Assembly (NCBI GenBank): GCA_965197745.1
Contig: CBDANS010000006.1
Span: 1,184,001-1,248,000, forward strand
From: Opitutales bacterium
Lineage (GTDB): Bacteria > Verrucomicrobiota > Verrucomicrobiia > Opitutales > PNEW01
DNA length: 64,000 nucleotides
Reading direction: 5' to 3'
In this document: piece after piece, positions 61,324 to 64,000 of the stretch
Numbering within the stretch: position 1 is the first letter of the stretch
How the letters are laid out: each line of letters opens with the position of its first letter
The notes under the pieces: generated by a model
The model's input: the letters and a program-made list of their open reading frames with translations, nothing else
What the model was told of the DNA's origin: nothing
The model's database searches: none
Program-made: the position numbers and the translations under genes

Positions 61324-62583
61324 ATGCCTGCCAAAACCGATAAATCTACTGCAGATTCCGTTTTTTCGGTAAATAGACGCACTTACAAACTAACGAATGT
61401 TCCTGTAGTTGTTCTCTGCCTTGATGGCTGCTCTGACGAATATCTTGACGCCAGTTTGGAACAGGAGAGAATGCCTATCCTTGCCAGGATGCTGCAGCAG
61501 GGATATCGAGGGAAGGCGCGTGGCGCATTGCCCTCGTTTACAAACGTAAATAACGCTTCAATTGTCACGGGGCTGCCACCTTCTGGCCACGGCATTAGTG
61601 GCAATTTTTTTCTCGATCCCGAATCGGGGGAGGAGGTAATGATGAATTCCGCTCATTATTTGCGCGCACCGACAATCCTAGCCGCGGCAGAGCGAGCGGG
61701 CAGATCGGTTGCGATGGTGACCGCTAAAGAAAAACTGCTTGATATTCTTTCAAACGGTTTAGCGGGAATCAGGTTTTCCGCGGAAAAGGCAAACCAGGCG
61801 CAAATGGAGACCCATGAGATCGATAAAGTCGAGCAGCTCGTTGGGTATCCCACCCCTGACATCTATAGTGCTGAAGCGACACTGTTTGTCCTTCGCGCGG
61901 GTGCGGCACTCTTGGAACACAACCTCGCTGATTTCCTTTATCTTTCAACTACGGATTATATGCAACATACTTACCCGCCCGAGGCTCCTGAGGCACTCGA
62001 TTTTTACGGCGAAATGGACCATGCGATTGGCCGATTATTAAATACCGGCGCAATTATTGGTGCTACTGCGGATCATGGAATGAATGCTAAACATAATGCG
62101 GATGGTTCGCCGAATGTAGTCTTTCTGGAGCAGCTGCTTCGAGAAGAATTCGGTGAAGGGGTGCGTGTCATCTGTCCGATTACAGATCCCTATGTTAAAC
62201 ATCACGGAGCACTGGGTTCACTGGTCATGGTTCACTTGGCTGATCGTAATATTAGCGGGCGGGTTGAGAAGCGGCTCTTGCAGATCGAAGCGGTAACTGA
62301 AGTCTACGATCGAGAGCAGGGGGCGCATCTACTTGAGCTTCCGGAAGATCGCATCGGTGATTTAGTGGTACTGTCCCGTCGCGACTTTGTCCTCGGCCGG
62401 TCTCCCCGGTATCATGATCTCTCAGCACTCGATGGCCGACTCCGCTCGCATGGGGGGCGATTCGAAGAAATTGTCCCGATCCTTATTTCAGAAGCGCTGA
62501 CGCCTGAGTATGCGGTTAAAGCAGAGAATGATCTGCGCAACTTTGATATTTTTGACTTCACTATCAACGGAACACAACGATAG
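61324..62583 (+). CDS. phnA: Phosphonoacetate hydrolase
   Basis: CLDG, PSFTNVNNASIVTG, TTDYMQH, TADHGMN, PITDPYVKHHGALG, RSHGG. Confidence 0.9.
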   Translation: MPAKTDKSTADSVFSVNRRTYKLTNVPVVVLCLDGCSDEYLDASLEQERMPILARMLQQGYRGKARGALPSFTNVNNASIVTGLPPSGHGISGNFFLDPESGEEVMMNSAHYLRAPTILAAAERAGRSVAMVTAKEKLLDILSNGLAGIRFSAEKANQAQMETHEIDKVEQLVGYPTPDIYSAEATLFVLRAGAALLEHNLADFLYLSTTDYMQHTYPPEAPEALDFYGEMDHAIGRLLNTGAIIGATADHGMNAKHNADGSPNVVFLEQLLREEFGEGVRVICPITDPYVKHHGALGSLVMVHLADRNISGRVEKRLLQIEAVTEVYDREQGAHLLELPEDRIGDLVVLSRRDFVLGRSPRYHDLSALDGRLRSHGGRFEEIVPILISEALTPEYAVKAENDLRNFDIFDFTINGTQR

Positions 62584-62816
62584 ACAATGCTTTTCAGCAT
62601 GCGATACAAAGCCGTGCCTTTCGCGTCGCGATAGTTCCGCATGGATTAAAAGGTTAAAATAGGGAGATAAAAACTTAAGGTGTGATGAAACCACACCTTT
62701 CTTCATTCACAATGCCTATCAATTGCCGGACCGAGGCAATAATAGTGGGTAAAAGGGTGTGTCAAACTGGGCGCTATATTCAACTCAGGTAGATTTATCT
62801 TCTCTCAACGCAAATT

Positions 62817-63683
62817 TTGAATATTTATGGAACGATGAATGCGGAAACAGAATACCCACCACCAAGCCTGGAGATAGCGGCAATCGATGTTCACGCCCAT
62901 TACGGCAATTATATAAATAAGGTTAAGGGACTTGAATCTCAGTTTCCATCCGGAGATGCAGCTACGGTTGCCTCACGGGCAAAAAAGTGCAATATCGAAC
63001 ACACTATTGTCTCGCCGTTACTGGGTCTTTTCCCCCGCGGCAAGGCAGATGCGGCGGTGGGAAATGAAGAAGCGGTGAAAGTAGTACCGCAGACCACCGG
63101 ATTACTGCAGTGGGTGATTATCAACCCTCTTCAACCAAAGACCTACGACCAGGCGCAGGAGATGCTTTCCTTACCGCACTGCGTGGGCATTAAAATCCAT
63201 CCCGTAGAACATCAATACCCCATATCCGAACACGGCGAAGCGATTTTTAAATTTGCTGCGGAACGGAAGGCTGTAATCTTAACTCATAGCGGTGATATAT
63301 ACAGTTGGCCGAATGAATTTATTCCATTTGCCAATGCCTTTCCTGAAGTTCCCCTTATTCTCGCTCATTTAGGCAATGGCGGCCTGGCCAAAGGGCGTGT
63401 CGACTTGCAGGTTGAAGCGATAAAATCGATAAAACATGAGAATGTCTATGTCGACACTTCAAGCGCAAGAAGTGTATTGCCCAAACTTGTTGAATGGGCG
63501 GTCGGTGAGGTAGGAGCAGAGCGCATTCTTTTCGGTACCGATACCCCCCTTTACTTTACCGCCTTTCAACGCGCTAGGATTGATTACGCCGATATCACCC
63601 TTGAGGAAAAACAGCGAATATTGCGCGACAACGCGATTAATCTATTAAAACTTGAGCATGTAGTATCTACCCCTCTGCTATAA
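62817..63683 (+). CDS. Amidohydrolase_2 family protein
   Basis: DVHAH, GIKIHP, LAHLG, LFGTDTP. Confidence 0.85.
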   Translation: MNIYGTMNAETEYPPPSLEIAAIDVHAHYGNYINKVKGLESQFPSGDAATVASRAKKCNIEHTIVSPLLGLFPRGKADAAVGNEEAVKVVPQTTGLLQWVIINPLQPKTYDQAQEMLSLPHCVGIKIHPVEHQYPISEHGEAIFKFAAERKAVILTHSGDIYSWPNEFIPFANAFPEVPLILAHLGNGGLAKGRVDLQVEAIKSIKHENVYVDTSSARSVLPKLVEWAVGEVGAERILFGTDTPLYFTAFQRARIDYADITLEEKQRILRDNAINLLKLEHVVSTPLL

Positions 63684-63757
63684 TAAACGCGAAATTGGAT
63701 TACATTTAATTTTCATAAATGGACTATTTTTTTCTCTTAGATTAAGGGTGATATAAA

Positions 63758-64000
63758 ATGGGTAAAAGATTATCGGATAAAGTCGCATTAGTAACGGGTT
63801 CGACATCAGGCATCGGGCGAGCGACAGCAAAGCTGTTGGCTGCTGAGGGCGCGCAAGTAGTGCTTGCTGGTCGTCGAAATGAAATGGGGGAGGAAGCAGT
63901 AGCTGAAATTTCGAAAGAGGGGGGTGAAGCTTCTTTTTTCCAGGCAGATTTTGAAGTGAGCCAGGCGGTACGTGATACCGTTCATTTTACACTTCAGCAG
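63758..64000 (+). CDS. Short-chain dehydrogenase/reductase, 3' end runs off the window
   Basis: Not in ORF track. [32 protein letters not shown] (TGxxxGIG). Confidence 0.85.
   Translation, partial: MGKRLSDKVALVTGSTSGIGRATAKLLAAEGAQVVLAGRRNEMGEEAVAEISKEGGEASFFQADFEVSQAVRDTVHFTLQQ

Noticed and set aside
1323..63124. Numerous short overlapping or antisense ORFs in the track (e.g. 35213-35800, 41737-42183, 47798-48136, 44844-45092)
   Set aside because: They overlap well-supported genes or repeats and lack motifs

Overview
Bacterial chromosomal region, probably from an Opitutales/Verrucomicrobiota-like organism (inference from a lineage-typical C-terminal protein domain; not verified). Most genes are scattered small-molecule catabolic enzymes: 2 ThDP enzymes, 2 DHDPS-family aldolases, 2 PhyH dioxygenases, amidohydrolases, M81/M14/M19 peptidases, an enolase, UxuA-like, HpcH, AKR, PhnA and an SDR. 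There are also two tandem SSS symporters, signalling genes (class III adenylate cyclase with a sigma54-like promoter, two HD paralogs, a disrupted hybrid histidine kinase) and three secreted paralogs sharing an unnamed ~270-aa C-terminal domain. Mobile DNA: two apparently identical inverted IS3-family copies (4609-5926, 33161-34478), a second IS3 type (12603-13892), an IS1595 with passenger gene inside the kinase (36873-38338), and a ~9.5 kb AT-rich, cassette-like island that splits an ABC solute-binding gene. The most unusual signal is a family of ~30-45 bp hairpin-bearing micro-insertions, T[A/T]CCGA-hairpin-CGACA(T). It is seen as filled versus empty sites in REP arms, in a heptamer repeat, in the island and inside a transposase gene. 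An analogous 34-bp hairpin insertion disrupts the second IS3 type. Several single-base homopolymer frameshifts could be assembly error or real decay. No rRNA, tRNA or CRISPR array was recognised.
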